A stretch of DNA of 63,560 nt, counting the filler, from Chrysochromulina tobinii (lineage: Eukaryota): assembly GCA_001275005.1 (NCBI GenBank). It is 10 parts of 10 records of this genome, joined end to end, with 100 filler letters (N's around TTAATTAATTAA, not from the genome) between each part and the next. Parts side by side here need not be neighbours in the genome. Positions count along the whole stretch, not along the records: positions 47,948 to 56,086 come from JWZX01000022.1; positions 56,187 to 57,568 come from JWZX01000023.1; positions 57,669 to 59,318 come from JWZX01000025.1; positions 59,419 to 60,861 come from JWZX01000026.1; positions 60,962 to 63,560 come from JWZX01000027.1; 5 more parts are not named here. One strand, 5' to 3'. The translations under genes were made by a program, and so were the position numbers. The notes under the pieces are model-generated. The model was given only the letters and a program-made list of their open reading frames with translations, made no database searches and was not told the DNA's origin. This document shows positions 50,901 through 62,039 of the stretch, one piece after another (positions within the stretch are counted from its first letter, which is position 1; every line of letters begins with the position of its first letter).

Positions 50901-53900
50901 AGCTAGCGGATGGTGGTGCTGGGCCGACCGGCTACGCGACGCTGCGACTGCCCGTGCCCGATCACGAGACGCCTGAGGACCTCTACCAAGCCTTCAGCGC
51001 CTCCTTCCGCTTGCTCCTCGACCCCGACGGTTACGGCGCGAGCTTCAGCTACGGCGACCTCGCGGGATACCGCCACGGCGCGGCCGCCGGTGCAGCCGCT
51101 CGACACGGCGCCACCGCGGCCGATGGCGACACCGAGAGCGGCGATGACCCGTACGACCCAGCGGAGGCGCTCGGCGAGGCGGGCGGCGGCTCAGGTCTGC
51201 GCGTCCTCTTCATCTCGGGCGCGAGATCGGGCGCGAGATCGCGCCAGGTAAAGGCCCTCTACGCAGGAGAGCTGCTCGGCGCATGCCCTTTCCCACAGCG
51301 ACCGGCAAGTGGTCCACTCGGCCCCTGGCACGACGTCGTCGTCACCTATCGCCCCCAACGCGCCGCGCCGCGCCCGGGCTTGCACATCACCCTCGATGGC
51401 GCCGATTGCATCAAGCCGACGTACCTCGCTCACTGGGCGCCCACGCCGTCCTGGCGCTTCGGCCTCGGCGCACGTGCCGCCTCTGACAAGGACCGTCACT
51501 ACGTGCGCGACGTGCATGTGCGCGTGGGCTCACGCGTGCAGTCCCTCGAGACGAATGTGATCGTCTCGGTCAACCTGCAGCAATGGTCGAGCACCTTCGG
51601 ACCGCACGTGAAGCTCGTGGATGGTCTTCTGCCCGTCGATGATCGTCGAGTGATCGTCGATGCGCGGCGTGTGCGCTTCTTGTACCACAGTGAACCGCGC
51701 CTGTCGGGCCTCGAGCCTCGAGTGGGGCCGGCCTCGGGCGGCACGATGCTCACTCTGCACGGCAACGGGCTGCACGGCAACCCTTCGTCCGCTGTCGATG
51801 TGGACGGGGTGCTCGCGTCGACGGGCGAGCTGGCACGTGGCCGCTGGCCCATTGGGAGGCGAACGCATCTTTGCCGACTGAGCCTCGAACCACGATGGGA
51901 AGGTGACGACACGGGTCTGCCCGAGCACACGTCACACGCGCTCCCAGCGAGCTATAGCCCGTACGACGGCACCGTCCGCTGCGAGACGCCCAATGCAACG
52001 GCCGTACCAGCCGAGCTCTCGAGCGCCTCACAATGGCACGTGCGGGTGAGTATCAATGGGCAGCAGTATGGGCCGGACGCGTGGTCCTTTTACCGGTACA
52101 ACGCGTCGACGCAGCTCGTCCATCGCATCACACCGGCGTCGGGCCCGACGGACGGTGCGACACTGCTCCGTGTGCCTGTGGCCGGTCTGAATGCCAGCGC
52201 CGCGTCCGCCGTGCGGGCCGACGGACGGGCCGCATGCCTCTTCAACGGTACGTTGGCCATTGCCACACTGGGCGCAGCCGGCGACGCACTGCACTGCGTG
52301 ACTCCGCCGTCGGAGCTGCCTGGCGATACGATGGTGGAGGTGAGCCTCAACGGGCAGCAGCTCCTTCCGACGGTTACGCATGTATTGGACACGAGCCTCG
52401 CATATGGACGTGGCTCGCCGGAGCGCTTCTTCTATTACACGTCGCCGCGTCTCGAGTCGCTTGAGCCTCTCTCCGGACCGAGCGCCCGCGGCTTCTCGTC
52501 CGTCCTGGTGCGCCTCTCCCCATCCGTCGCTCTGGCCGGCGCGAGCGGCGTCACGTGCCGCTTTGGCAACGAGAGCACGCTAGGAGCTCTGCTGCCAACG
52601 ACCAACGTGCTGCATGCGGCGGCCGCGGCGATGGTCTATGCGCCGCGTGCTCTGCGCCGCGTGGTCGAGCACGAGCGACTGCCCGAGATTGTGGCCGAGC
52701 ACCCCTCGATCCCATCGTCGCTTCGCCGTTCGCCCTTGCCAGGCGGGCCTGCCGAGACGCCTGCTGACCCCACCGCAGGCGCCTACCTTCGCGACCGCCT
52801 GATTGCCAACGGGCTGACGCCCGCCGAGGCGGACGAGGTGCAGTTCGATGCAGACCCGATCGACGGCGAGCGGATGCATGTTCTTGGCGTCTTCCCCGAT
52901 GGCAGGCGTTATGGGCAGCCCCAGTATGTATCTGACGCGGTGCGTGCGGGTCTGAGCGAGAACGATGGCACACAGCGGTGGCTCGCCGCCCATCGGGTCT
53001 TGCAGTGGTACTATCGTGGACGAGCCACATGTGTCGGGTACGGCCCCCCGAATGACTACTGCAATGCGTCGCAGCTCGTGTGTGCAAACACGATGCACCC
53101 AGAGGAGCGAGATTACGGCAATTACGACCAGCAGGCCTCGGCCGTTGCCGTGGCGGTGCACGCGGCTGGCCACGTTCACCCTCGGTGCCCCTTGCTGCAG
53201 CGGTTCGGCCCGAATGCCGCTGCATGGCTCCACAGCGGCGGGACAGACTGGCTCCACTCCACCTTGATCAGCCGCGGGGCGCTTGGGCGCACCCTCTCGC
53301 CACGCGAGGCGGCGCTCAAGTGGCGGGAACACGTGACAGCCGAGTTGGGCACCACCGTCAACTGCACGGTGCCCAACTCGACGCGGGCGGGCGCTGAATG
53401 GGCCTGGTTCTCAGACTTTGAGTGCCAGTCCGAGAGTGCTTGCACCGCGCACGCGTCCGAGAAGCAGCTGCAGCTCGCCGGCGCCGCAGAGATCCACGGG
53501 GGGCAGCTGCGCCTCACCCGCTATGGCTACCCCACGTTGAGTGCCACGGCCATCGGGCATGAGAATCGGCTCAACCCGATGTTCGATGGGACCGCACAGC
53601 GAGAGGTGCAGGAGCGCCGCGTGCAAACACGATTTGGAGGCGGGGCGGTGCTCATCAGCCCGCCGCCCGGGACCCATCTGCTGCAGCTCTACGTCGCGTT
53701 TCGTCTGATCGTCGGTGGCGGCCGGCCTGGCGCGGGTGACGGAGTGAGCATCTCCTACGGCGCTGGGCTACCTCTCGAGACTATGGGTGAGCTAGGCAGC
53801 GGCACCGGGCTGCGGGTCCTCTTCCTCAGCCGCGGTGTACCCGTCGTGCGCGCGCTCTACGACGGCGAGCTCATCGGCAGTGCCGCGTGCGCGCAGCTGC

Positions 53901-54268
53901 GCTCCGGACGCATTACTGACGTGGCCATTCACGCGACCTCCGAGGGCTTGAGCGTGCGCTACGATGGGCAGCTGCTGCTGGATCGCGTCGGCTGGCCTTC
54001 CCGCGCTGCTGGTGGTGGCGGCGGCAGCCGCTGGGCGCCGCAGCCCGGCTGGCAGCTGGGCATCTCGGCCGCCGCCTCACTCGAGCCCGACAACCACTGG
54101 GTGGACGACCTGCGCGTCGAGATGGGCACGCGCGTCGCCGCCACGCCCGTGCCGCTCACGCTCTCGCTCAACGGCCAGCAGTTCGTGAGCGAGTACGAGG
54201 CGCTCCGGTATGACTTTGAGCAGCTGAGTTTGGGCGACTTTGAGATGCCACCGCTTCGCTGGGTGTGA
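47948..54268 (+). CDS. Large IPT/TIG-repeat and lectin-like beta-sandwich surface protein, 5'-truncated, with a 1-bp frameshift near 48466-48469
   Basis: Many P.SGP.GGT.V.I.G..C.F..C..P..SLNGQQ units, plus three segments of the type LRLT..G.S.SYG..GLRV.F..W.FGLGA. ORFs 47965-48570 and 48425-54268 join if one C is removed from CCGCCCCTCG. Confidence 0.85.
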
Positions 54269-54657
54269 ATGTGGCGAGACGTCAGTTTAGGGTTGGCTTT
54301 AGTTAAGATATAAGGAGGTCGTCACTTCACGCTTTAGATACCATAGAGTTGCGTTGAGAACCGTCCAAAACAACCCGTTCATAAGGCATCTCGTCTATCG
54401 AACACTCATCAAGGTTTCTGGGAGAGAACGACCTCACTTGCGAAATTGAGTAGCCCGAGCGAGCGAGTACTCAGTACTTGTGTTGACCGAGGGGAGCGGA
54501 GCCGTCCCCGAGACGGTGGTGGAGTGAGCGTGGGGGGACCGCGAAGAAACTGAACTGAACTGAACTCAAGGTTTCGAACAGGGTACAGCACCATTGCGCA
54601 AAGGCTTTGAAGTCCTAAAATGGAATCTCCCGCGCGGAATCCCTTCTCCACCTTGTC

Positions 54658-55581
54658 ATGTTCACCGGAACCGCGGTCCTCGGCGCACCCTTCAACAGCA
54701 CTCGTTTCCACGGCTTGCCGCACGTGCAAAAATTGCTCGAGGATTCCCACTGCCTTAGCCGCCCGTCGGTGTGCTCAAGTCGGAGCGACATGGTCGTTAG
54801 CCGTGCAGACAGGCAGTCGATCACGGGCTTTGCCGTTGGCAATGCTCCCGAGTGGGCAACAGCGTGCACGTACTGCTCGCACGGCGCGCACATGCTCCCG
54901 CTCTTGATCCAGCACTACCGGGTCAAGAGCCTCGCCGAGATTGGGGTATGCACGGGTATGAGTGTCGTTCACGTTGTGACCAAGGCAACGGGCACCAGCT
55001 CGGGAGCGAACGTGCAGGTGGGCGATGAGGTACGCATGGGCAGGCACGGGGGCGGCCTCGAGCGCTACTACCTCATCGATCCGTGGGGTGGCCCAAAGTG
55101 CAATCCCGGGTGCGGGTGCTCACGCCAGATAAACCAGATCGCCAAGACGTGGCCCGATGTGATCATCCCTCTCCGAGGATACAGCAATCCGATGGCTGCG
55201 CACATTCCGAACGGGACGCTCGATCTCGCGTTCATCGACGCCGCGCACGACTATCGGAACGCGCGCGCCGACATCATCGCGTTCTGGCCCAAGCTCAAGC
55301 CCACGGGCATCCTCGCTGGCCACGACTTTGCCCACTGGCGCAACTATGCCGAGATTCGTCAAGACAAGCTTGCGGCTCGGGGGGCGTATAGCGTGCGCCA
55401 CCGGGTGTCGAGGAAGCCAGGCGCGCAGGCCCCCAAGACGCTGCCGCCCGCGTACGGGGTTGCACAGGCGACGCAAGAGCTCTTTGTGGCGTGCCACATG
55501 CATGTGCGCTGGAACACGTGGTGGGTGGAGCGGGAAACCTGCGAGCTTCATCAGCTGCTGACTGCGGCGGAGATTGCGTAG
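54658..55581 (+). CDS. Class I SAM-dependent methyltransferase (Methyltransf_24-like)
   Basis: LAEIGVCTG, YLIDPW, LRGYS, LDLAFIDAAHDY..DIIAFWPKLKPTGILAGHDF. Confidence 0.85.
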   Translation: MFTGTAVLGAPFNSTRFHGLPHVQKLLEDSHCLSRPSVCSSRSDMVVSRADRQSITGFAVGNAPEWATACTYCSHGAHMLPLLIQHYRVKSLAEIGVCTGMSVVHVVTKATGTSSGANVQVGDEVRMGRHGGGLERYYLIDPWGGPKCNPGCGCSRQINQIAKTWPDVIIPLRGYSNPMAAHIPNGTLDLAFIDAAHDYRNARADIIAFWPKLKPTGILAGHDFAHWRNYAEIRQDKLAARGAYSVRHRVSRKPGAQAPKTLPPAYGVAQATQELFVACHMHVRWNTWWVERETCELHQLLTAAEIA

Positions 55582-56186
55582 AGCAATCGTCAGACGACGC
55601 GGGTACAAGGCTGGTGGCACACACGCACTTTGTGGAATGCGCTCGGTGTGAAGAATGCCAAACGATAAGTGGAGTAAGGAATGACCGGAATTGACTGAAA
55701 GGTATCGGTCTCGGTTTTTGTTTGTCTGAATGTGTTTGGTTAATCACTGGTTAATCTGGAAACGATGAATATGACCGGAAATGTATCTGCCGTGTGTCGG
55801 CTGGCGATCTGTGTCGGCCAGATGGTCTAATTTGGGACAATCTCTCTCAGCAACAGCATGCTCGGTTGCTCGCGCCTTGCTCTCGCTCTCCTCCATCAGT
55901 CCTCACTGCTCGGCTGGGAAGTCGGCGTTGTGGCGCGGTGGATCCCCCCCCCCAAATAGTCAACAGTGAACAGACGAATATGCACTCCAGGAGATTACTT
56001 TACTATCGCGGCGGCCACCTCGACCCCCCCCCACCCCCACCCCTTCTCGCTTTTCTCGTCGTGATTTTTTCCCACGTCGTGTCTCTNNNNNNNNNNNNNN
56101 NNNNNNNNNNNNNNNNNNNNNNNNNNNNNNTTAATTAATTAANNNNNNNNNNNNNNNNNNNNNNNNNNNNNNNNNNNNNNNNNNNN

Positions 56187-57568
56187 GAGGCGGTGGCCGA
56201 GCTCACGAGCGCCGACTCTGCAAGCACGGACGTGAACGTGATCGGCATCGTCGCGCTGCCCGTCGCCACGAGCGCGCCGCCCTTCACGACCACGAGCGCT
56301 GGAGCGGCAACGCCGGTGGGCACGGGCAGCGCAAAGATGGTGGTGCCAGCGGGGATCGTGAGGCTCGCCGACACGAAGACCTGGGAGGCGAGAATGTACG
56401 AGATGCTCGCGCCGAGGACCGTGTTGGAAGCGTACGTGTTCGACAGCAAGGTGACATTTGACAGCAGCGTCGCGAACGGCGAGGCCGCAATGCCGGTGCA
56501 CGTGCGGCCGGCCATCTTGCCGCTGCACGCGAGCCACGAGTAGCCGGCGAGCCAGTTGTCCGTCGTGGAGCCGAAGGCGCCCTTGCAGCTCACCGACGTG
56601 AAGAAGGCGTCGCCGTTGGGGGGTGCGTCCTTGGTGCCCGTGCACGCCGCGCCGGTGGAGGACGGCAGAGGGTTGAAGGTGGCGGAGCCCTCCGCGAGGT
56701 CAGTGGTGGCCACCGCAACGAAGCCGGGGGCACCAAGCACCGCCGTCCACGAGTCCGCGGGCGTGCAGGCGGTGGTGGTGCCGGTGTGCAGAGCGAACTG
56801 CGACGCAGTCGTCAACGTGTCGATGATGTTGTTGGCCGAGAAGTAAAAGTAGCCGGGGTTCGAAATGCTGACAGAGCCCGCCGGCAGCGTCTGAGTGTAG
56901 CTCAGCGTCGAGCCGCAGTCCTCGAAGAGGAGGCCGTTCAAGTGCGGGTAGGCGAGGATACCGTTGCCGAACTTGCCACCCGTGCCGTCGTTGACGTGGA
57001 TCAGCTCGCCCGTGCGCGCGCCAGAGCCGATGCCTCCGCCGATCAAGGTGAACGAGTAGAAGGCCGGGTGCGAGCGCGGGGTCACGTCCTGATTCGAGCC
57101 GACGCCCGAGTCGATCTCCATCGAGTGGTCGCCCGTCAGGCCCTCGATGACGAACAGGAACTGGCCCTTGCCAATGTAGCCCTGGTCCGTGTCGAAGCCG
57201 TCGTCGCCCATGAAGAGCACCGACAGGTACTTGACGTTCACCGTGCCGCCGAAGAACTCGAACCCGTCGTCCACGTTGTACGCCACCTCGCAGTGGTCGA
57301 CGATGGTGCCGGAGCCGACGCCGCCGAAGGTGATGCCGTTGATCTCGTTGTTCGCGCCCACGACCGCGCCGCCGTGCCACACGCGCACGTACTGCAGGGA
57401 GCCCGACGAGTCGGTCGGGTTGCTGCCGCCGTACGTTTTCGCGGTGATGCCCTCGATCTGCGTGGTGGTTGGCATGTTGGTCGGCGCGCTGCCGAGGAGG
57501 ATGAGCCCGCCCCACTTGCCGCGCGTCTCGAGCACGGTATCCGCGCTGGTAGAGTCAGTCGACACCGA
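56187..57568 (-). CDS. Pectin-lyase-like beta-helix domain of bacterial lipoprotein type; internal fragment, open at both ends
   Basis: RGKWGGLILLG, DSSGSLQYVRV, NEINGITFGGVGSGT, DDGFEFFGGTVN, DDGFDTDQG. The N-terminal motif LTIPAGT..LVVVKGGALVATGSATMPITFTS appears at the far end. Confidence 0.85.
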
Positions 57569-58356
57569 NNNNNNNNNNNNNNNNNNNNNNNNNNNNNNNN
57601 NNNNNNNNNNNNTTAATTAATTAANNNNNNNNNNNNNNNNNNNNNNNNNNNNNNNNNNNNNNNNNNNNGACCAACGGTGCACGTGTGACTCCCTTCCAGT
57701 ACTTGAGCAGCTTGGGCGGCATCGTCGCGTAAGGTAGCGCAGGCAGCGTCATCGGCATGCGAGGCATGGGTGGCTTCAACTCGACCGTCACGCACAACGG
57801 GCAAGCAATTGTCCAACGACCGCCGCCACCGCCAGCTGGCGAAGACCGAAACCCTGCGAAGCGGCTTGCGCCGGCGTGATAGCACCGGCCGAGCAGCGCG
57901 GTCCAAACGTCGTTGGGAAGAACCACACGTCCATCAAGCTGGAGCTTGTCCACCTGGACAGAGATCTTCTCCAAACAATCCACGCACATCGCTGCTTGGC
58001 ACTTTTCGCAAGTCGTGTAACGCGGGCAATCGACTGCGGCGCCAAAGTGCTTCTTCGTCATCGCGCATTCTCCAGCCATCCGTCGCACGCCATACGCCGA
58101 CCTCTGATTCGTAAAGGCGCACGAGCGATGGGGCTTGGGTGCCATTCGCTGGGGTCACGTGGCAACCTTGCGAGCGCGAGAACGCGATGCGATGAAGGAA
58201 GACCTAATGAAGAGTTTAATTTTAGCGTTTGACGTGGTGTCACGTTTGGTCTCGATTCCTTACCGCGTAGCACATGGTGGCGGCGGGAAGAGGTGCTATA
58301 AAAGTTGAGCTCTGGTACCGGTAGTCATTCGATTCCAAACCGCGCCCTTCAAAACA

Positions 58357-59148
58357 ATGCCGAAGTCGTTGCGGTCGAAGGCGGCGAGGGCTGCGGCGAC
58401 TAGCAATGGCTCGATTGCAGATCTGGCGCGTCCGACAGGCAGGTCGCCTACGGTGCCTTCAGTGCGTCCAAAGCGAACCAATACTGTCGCGGCAATGGCG
58501 CGTACTGCCTCACAGCACCACGTAGCACAGTATGCGTCATCGGCTGCCTTTGGGCAGAAGAAGACTTCGGATCAGCGGAGACTTTTGCCAGCGGAGTACG
58601 CTGCCCGCAAGAGAGGTGGCGAATTAAGCGACGTGATGGCAGTTGTGTGCCTCATCGCCCACAACGGGGTGTCGCGTCCTGGCGCTTGGGTGGCATTCTT
58701 GCGGGACCACCCACGCGTATCCATCGTCATCCACTCCAACAAGGACTTGCCTACCGAGCTCAAGGCATTTCGCTACCCTTTCGCAGCAGTCAGTGCATGG
58801 GAGGATATTTCGTTGTTCAATCTCATGGTTGGAATGGTGGGCTACGCGGTGCAGACCTACCAAAGGGTCGCCTACATTTACACCTGTCCAGGCGACGGCA
58901 TACCGATCGCAGGTGGTGATGCAATGGAGGATCCGAGGCGGCTGCAGCCCTCTCTGCCACAGGGGGCAAGTCTCCTGGGTATCCCTGCAGTAGAAGAGAA
59001 GCCCACCATGCCCAATTGGGAGCCAGCCAGGGTGAAGGCGATGGCCACGCAGGGTTATCTGCAGCCCATCCCAGCTCGATGTTACGGGTCGATGTGGGTC
59101 GGCCTATCGAGAGCGGATGCCGACCTCTTGATGAGTTTGGCGCCTTAA
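58357..59148 (+). CDS. Divergent GT14/core-2 branching (DUF266-like) glycosyltransferase-like ORF
   Basis: Motif order VCLIAH..WVAFL..SIVIH..SAWEDISL..YIYTCPGDGIPI..GSMWVGLSRADA parallels the GT14 pattern (FLFL..W..FF..SIYVH..WG..LSxSCIP..SQW..L.R.HA). Confidence 0.45.
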   Translation: MPKSLRSKAARAAATSNGSIADLARPTGRSPTVPSVRPKRTNTVAAMARTASQHHVAQYASSAAFGQKKTSDQRRLLPAEYAARKRGGELSDVMAVVCLIAHNGVSRPGAWVAFLRDHPRVSIVIHSNKDLPTELKAFRYPFAAVSAWEDISLFNLMVGMVGYAVQTYQRVAYIYTCPGDGIPIAGGDAMEDPRRLQPSLPQGASLLGIPAVEEKPTMPNWEPARVKAMATQGYLQPIPARCYGSMWVGLSRADADLLMSLAP

Positions 59149-59420
59149 CATCCGAAAATGTGCGCTCAAATTTGTGCGACACTTGCAGCCTGCCCTCGGC
59201 AAAACTCATGATGGGATATAGTCTTAATCCGTGTGGGGGGTCGGGGCGCACCAGACGGGACCCCCAAAGTCGCGCGCCGTAGCGAGCAAGTCACAGTTCA
59301 CGAGAACGTTTGAAAAGCNNNNNNNNNNNNNNNNNNNNNNNNNNNNNNNNNNNNNNNNNNNNTTAATTAATTAANNNNNNNNNNNNNNNNNNNNNNNNNN
59401 NNNNNNNNNNNNNNNNNNGT

Positions 59421-60549
59421 GGAGCACTGTGCGGTCTCGCGTGTGTCGTACCGGGCATCTTGTGTGCATCATGTAGGTTTCCGTACTGAAGTGTGCGTCA
59501 TACGTCGTCCACTCTTTAACTTAGGATCGCACACCACTCTATAAGAGACACACCATTGATAACAGGCAAGAGAATGTGTTTTGGAGCTCGAATTGTGGAG
59601 CTGTGTGGCCTAATGGTTGACAGGTCGATATTCGAGGCGAAGCCGGATTTCGATGCACATCTCCAAAGATCGCGAGACAGCACATAGCTGGAGGGCCATG
59701 GATCGAGTCTAGGGACTATATGGAGTCATACAACACAGAAAATCACGCCATCCCAAGTCACTCTGCATGGCCCTAGTACCGAAATGCGACCAAAACGCGA
59801 CCTCACAGGCCGTACTTGGGGTCACACTGTGACATCTGAGTGGCGACAGTGACTTGAGATGGTGTGGTTCTCTGTGCTGTATGACTCCATATAGTCCCTA
59901 GACTCGATCTATGGCCCTCCAGCTATGTGCTGTCTCGCGATCTTTGGAGATGTGCATCGAAATTGACCTTGGACGATAAGTAGGTCGACATTCGAGCCGA
60001 GGCCGGATTTCGATGCACATCTCCAAAGATCGCGAGACAGCACATAGCTGGAGGGCCCTAGATCGAGTCTAGGGACTATATGGAGTCATACAACACAGAT
60101 AATCACGCCATCACAAGTCGCTTTGCATGGCCCTAGTACCGAAATGCGACCAAAACGCGACCTCACAGGCCGTTCTCGGGGTCACAATGTGACATCTGAG
60201 TGGCGACAGTGACTTGAGATGGCGTGATTTTCTGTCCTGTACGACTCCATATAGTCCCTAGACTCGATCTATGGCCCTCCAGCTATGTGCTGTCTCGCGA
60301 TCTTTGGAGATGTGCATCGAAATCCGGCTTCGCCTCGAATATCGACCTGTCAACCATTTGGCCACACAGCTCCACAATTCGAGCTCCAAAACACGTTCTC
60401 TCGCCTGTTATCGATGGTGTGTCTCTTATAGAGTGGTGTGCGATCCTAAGTTAAAGAGTGGACGACGTATGACGCACACTTCAGTACGGAAACCTACATG
60501 ATGCACACAAGATGCCCGGTACGACACATGCGAGTATGCACAGTGCTCC
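59421..60549. mobile_element. Fold-back / long-TIR non-autonomous element with an internal tandem dimer of hairpins
   Basis: ~340-bp imperfect terminal inverted repeats (GGAGCACTGTG...CACAGTGCTCC). Internal 360-bp direct repeat, each unit with ~115-bp inverted arms. No coding capacity. Confidence 0.85.
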
Positions 60550-61065
60550 CCTGCGCAAGAAGAGTGATGCTCTCCGATCATCTGCCCGGTCGGGATATTT
60601 CATGAGGCGGCTCCGGCATGCCGTGAGCCGCCCATGCGACGCTATCTGCGCTGTCCTGGAGCCATCTGCTGTCCTGCGCGTCGTGCGCTGCGGGCCGTGC
60701 TGCAGCCACATCTGGTTCTGCGACGAGCTGATCGCCGACGCGTTGAGCCCACTGCCCCGATAATGCGGCGCCTCAGCCCACCAGCTGGCTGCGGCGGATG
60801 CTCCGTGCGCGACAAGCCTGGCAGATGCCACCCAGCAAATATCAATGCCAGCCTTCGATTCNNNNNNNNNNNNNNNNNNNNNNNNNNNNNNNNNNNNNNN
60901 NNNNNTTAATTAATTAANNNNNNNNNNNNNNNNNNNNNNNNNNNNNNNNNNNNNNNNNNNNTGGTTGTGAGATTCGTCTGTGTGCCTTTGTGCGTCCGCG
61001 TGTCCCGTGTGTCTCGTGCGTGTCCCGGCTCCCCCCGGTGTCTTTTTACAGCTGCTAGCTAGTAT

Positions 61066-61797
61066 GTGACCAAATTCCAGAGCGGCCGCGTTGCTTACTC
61101 GATAAAAAAGGAAAACCATTCGTTTACTCTGAGCTGCGACCTTCCGGGTCTCGCCTGTCTTTCGTTGGCGCACTCGCCGGCATTTTGCATGCGCTGCTGC
61201 GTCCGCCTGCTCCTCGTCGCCATGCTCGCCACCCAGCACACCGACTTCGAATCCTTCGCCAATGCGCTCGGTGCCCTTCCGAATCAGCCGCCCGTTCCGA
61301 TGGCGTGCGAGCCGTCGCCGAGTCCCATCGATTTTGACGCCAAAGCCATCGTCCAGCACGTGGTCGATGTGCTGCTCAAGCACAGCCCTTCGCCCGCGGT
61401 GCACCTCGAGGTGCTCGGCCGCCGATGGCTCGCGATCGCTCGCAACGAATCCGTGTCCAACCTCACGAGCACGCTCTTGCCTGCCAAGGTCCCTGCCATG
61501 AAGATGCGATACAACGCAGCCCGCGCGGTGCTCGAGCTCATGCCAGTGACGCCAGGCTGCCCCCAGGCGACGATCGCTCTCCTGATGAGCCAGGCGAACA
61601 CGCATCGCTCGAAAGCGGACATCAAAGTCCTGCGGCGCTGCGGCGCTGCGGCGGTGCAGCTCGCCGAGGCCGGCCTCAAGCAGCCCACGTCGGCCACGAG
61701 CAACTCGAAGCGACTGAACGGCGGCTTGGAACACGGGCCTGTGTTGCTCGATGTCGTTTGCGGGGAGGCCTTGGACGAGTGTGTCAAAGGCCACTAA
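61066..61797 (+). CDS. Hypothetical protein
   Basis: Plausible GC3-rich coding bias from about 61190; no recognised motif. Confidence 0.35.
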   Translation: MTKFQSGRVAYSIKKENHSFTLSCDLPGLACLSLAHSPAFCMRCCVRLLLVAMLATQHTDFESFANALGALPNQPPVPMACEPSPSPIDFDAKAIVQHVVDVLLKHSPSPAVHLEVLGRRWLAIARNESVSNLTSTLLPAKVPAMKMRYNAARAVLELMPVTPGCPQATIALLMSQANTHRSKADIKVLRRCGAAAVQLAEAGLKQPTSATSNSKRLNGGLEHGPVLLDVVCGEALDECVKGH

Positions 61798-62039
61798 TGG
61801 GAATTGCACTGCGTGCACACTCGACGCGAACACACACGCGGGTGTTAGTACGAGGTTGCGTGCAGCTGGTGACAACACTCTCACAGCTCATCCCTTCCCT
61901 GCGCCGTGCATGTGCGGGGGTGCCGATTTCGGCCCCTGCTCCGGTGCATTTCCGGGGTGCCCGGTCGTGCATGCATGCAGGCGTTCTCCCGTCGCTGTCG
62001 CGATGCTTGCTGCCGCTGCGCGCGCTCCACGTGCAGCGC

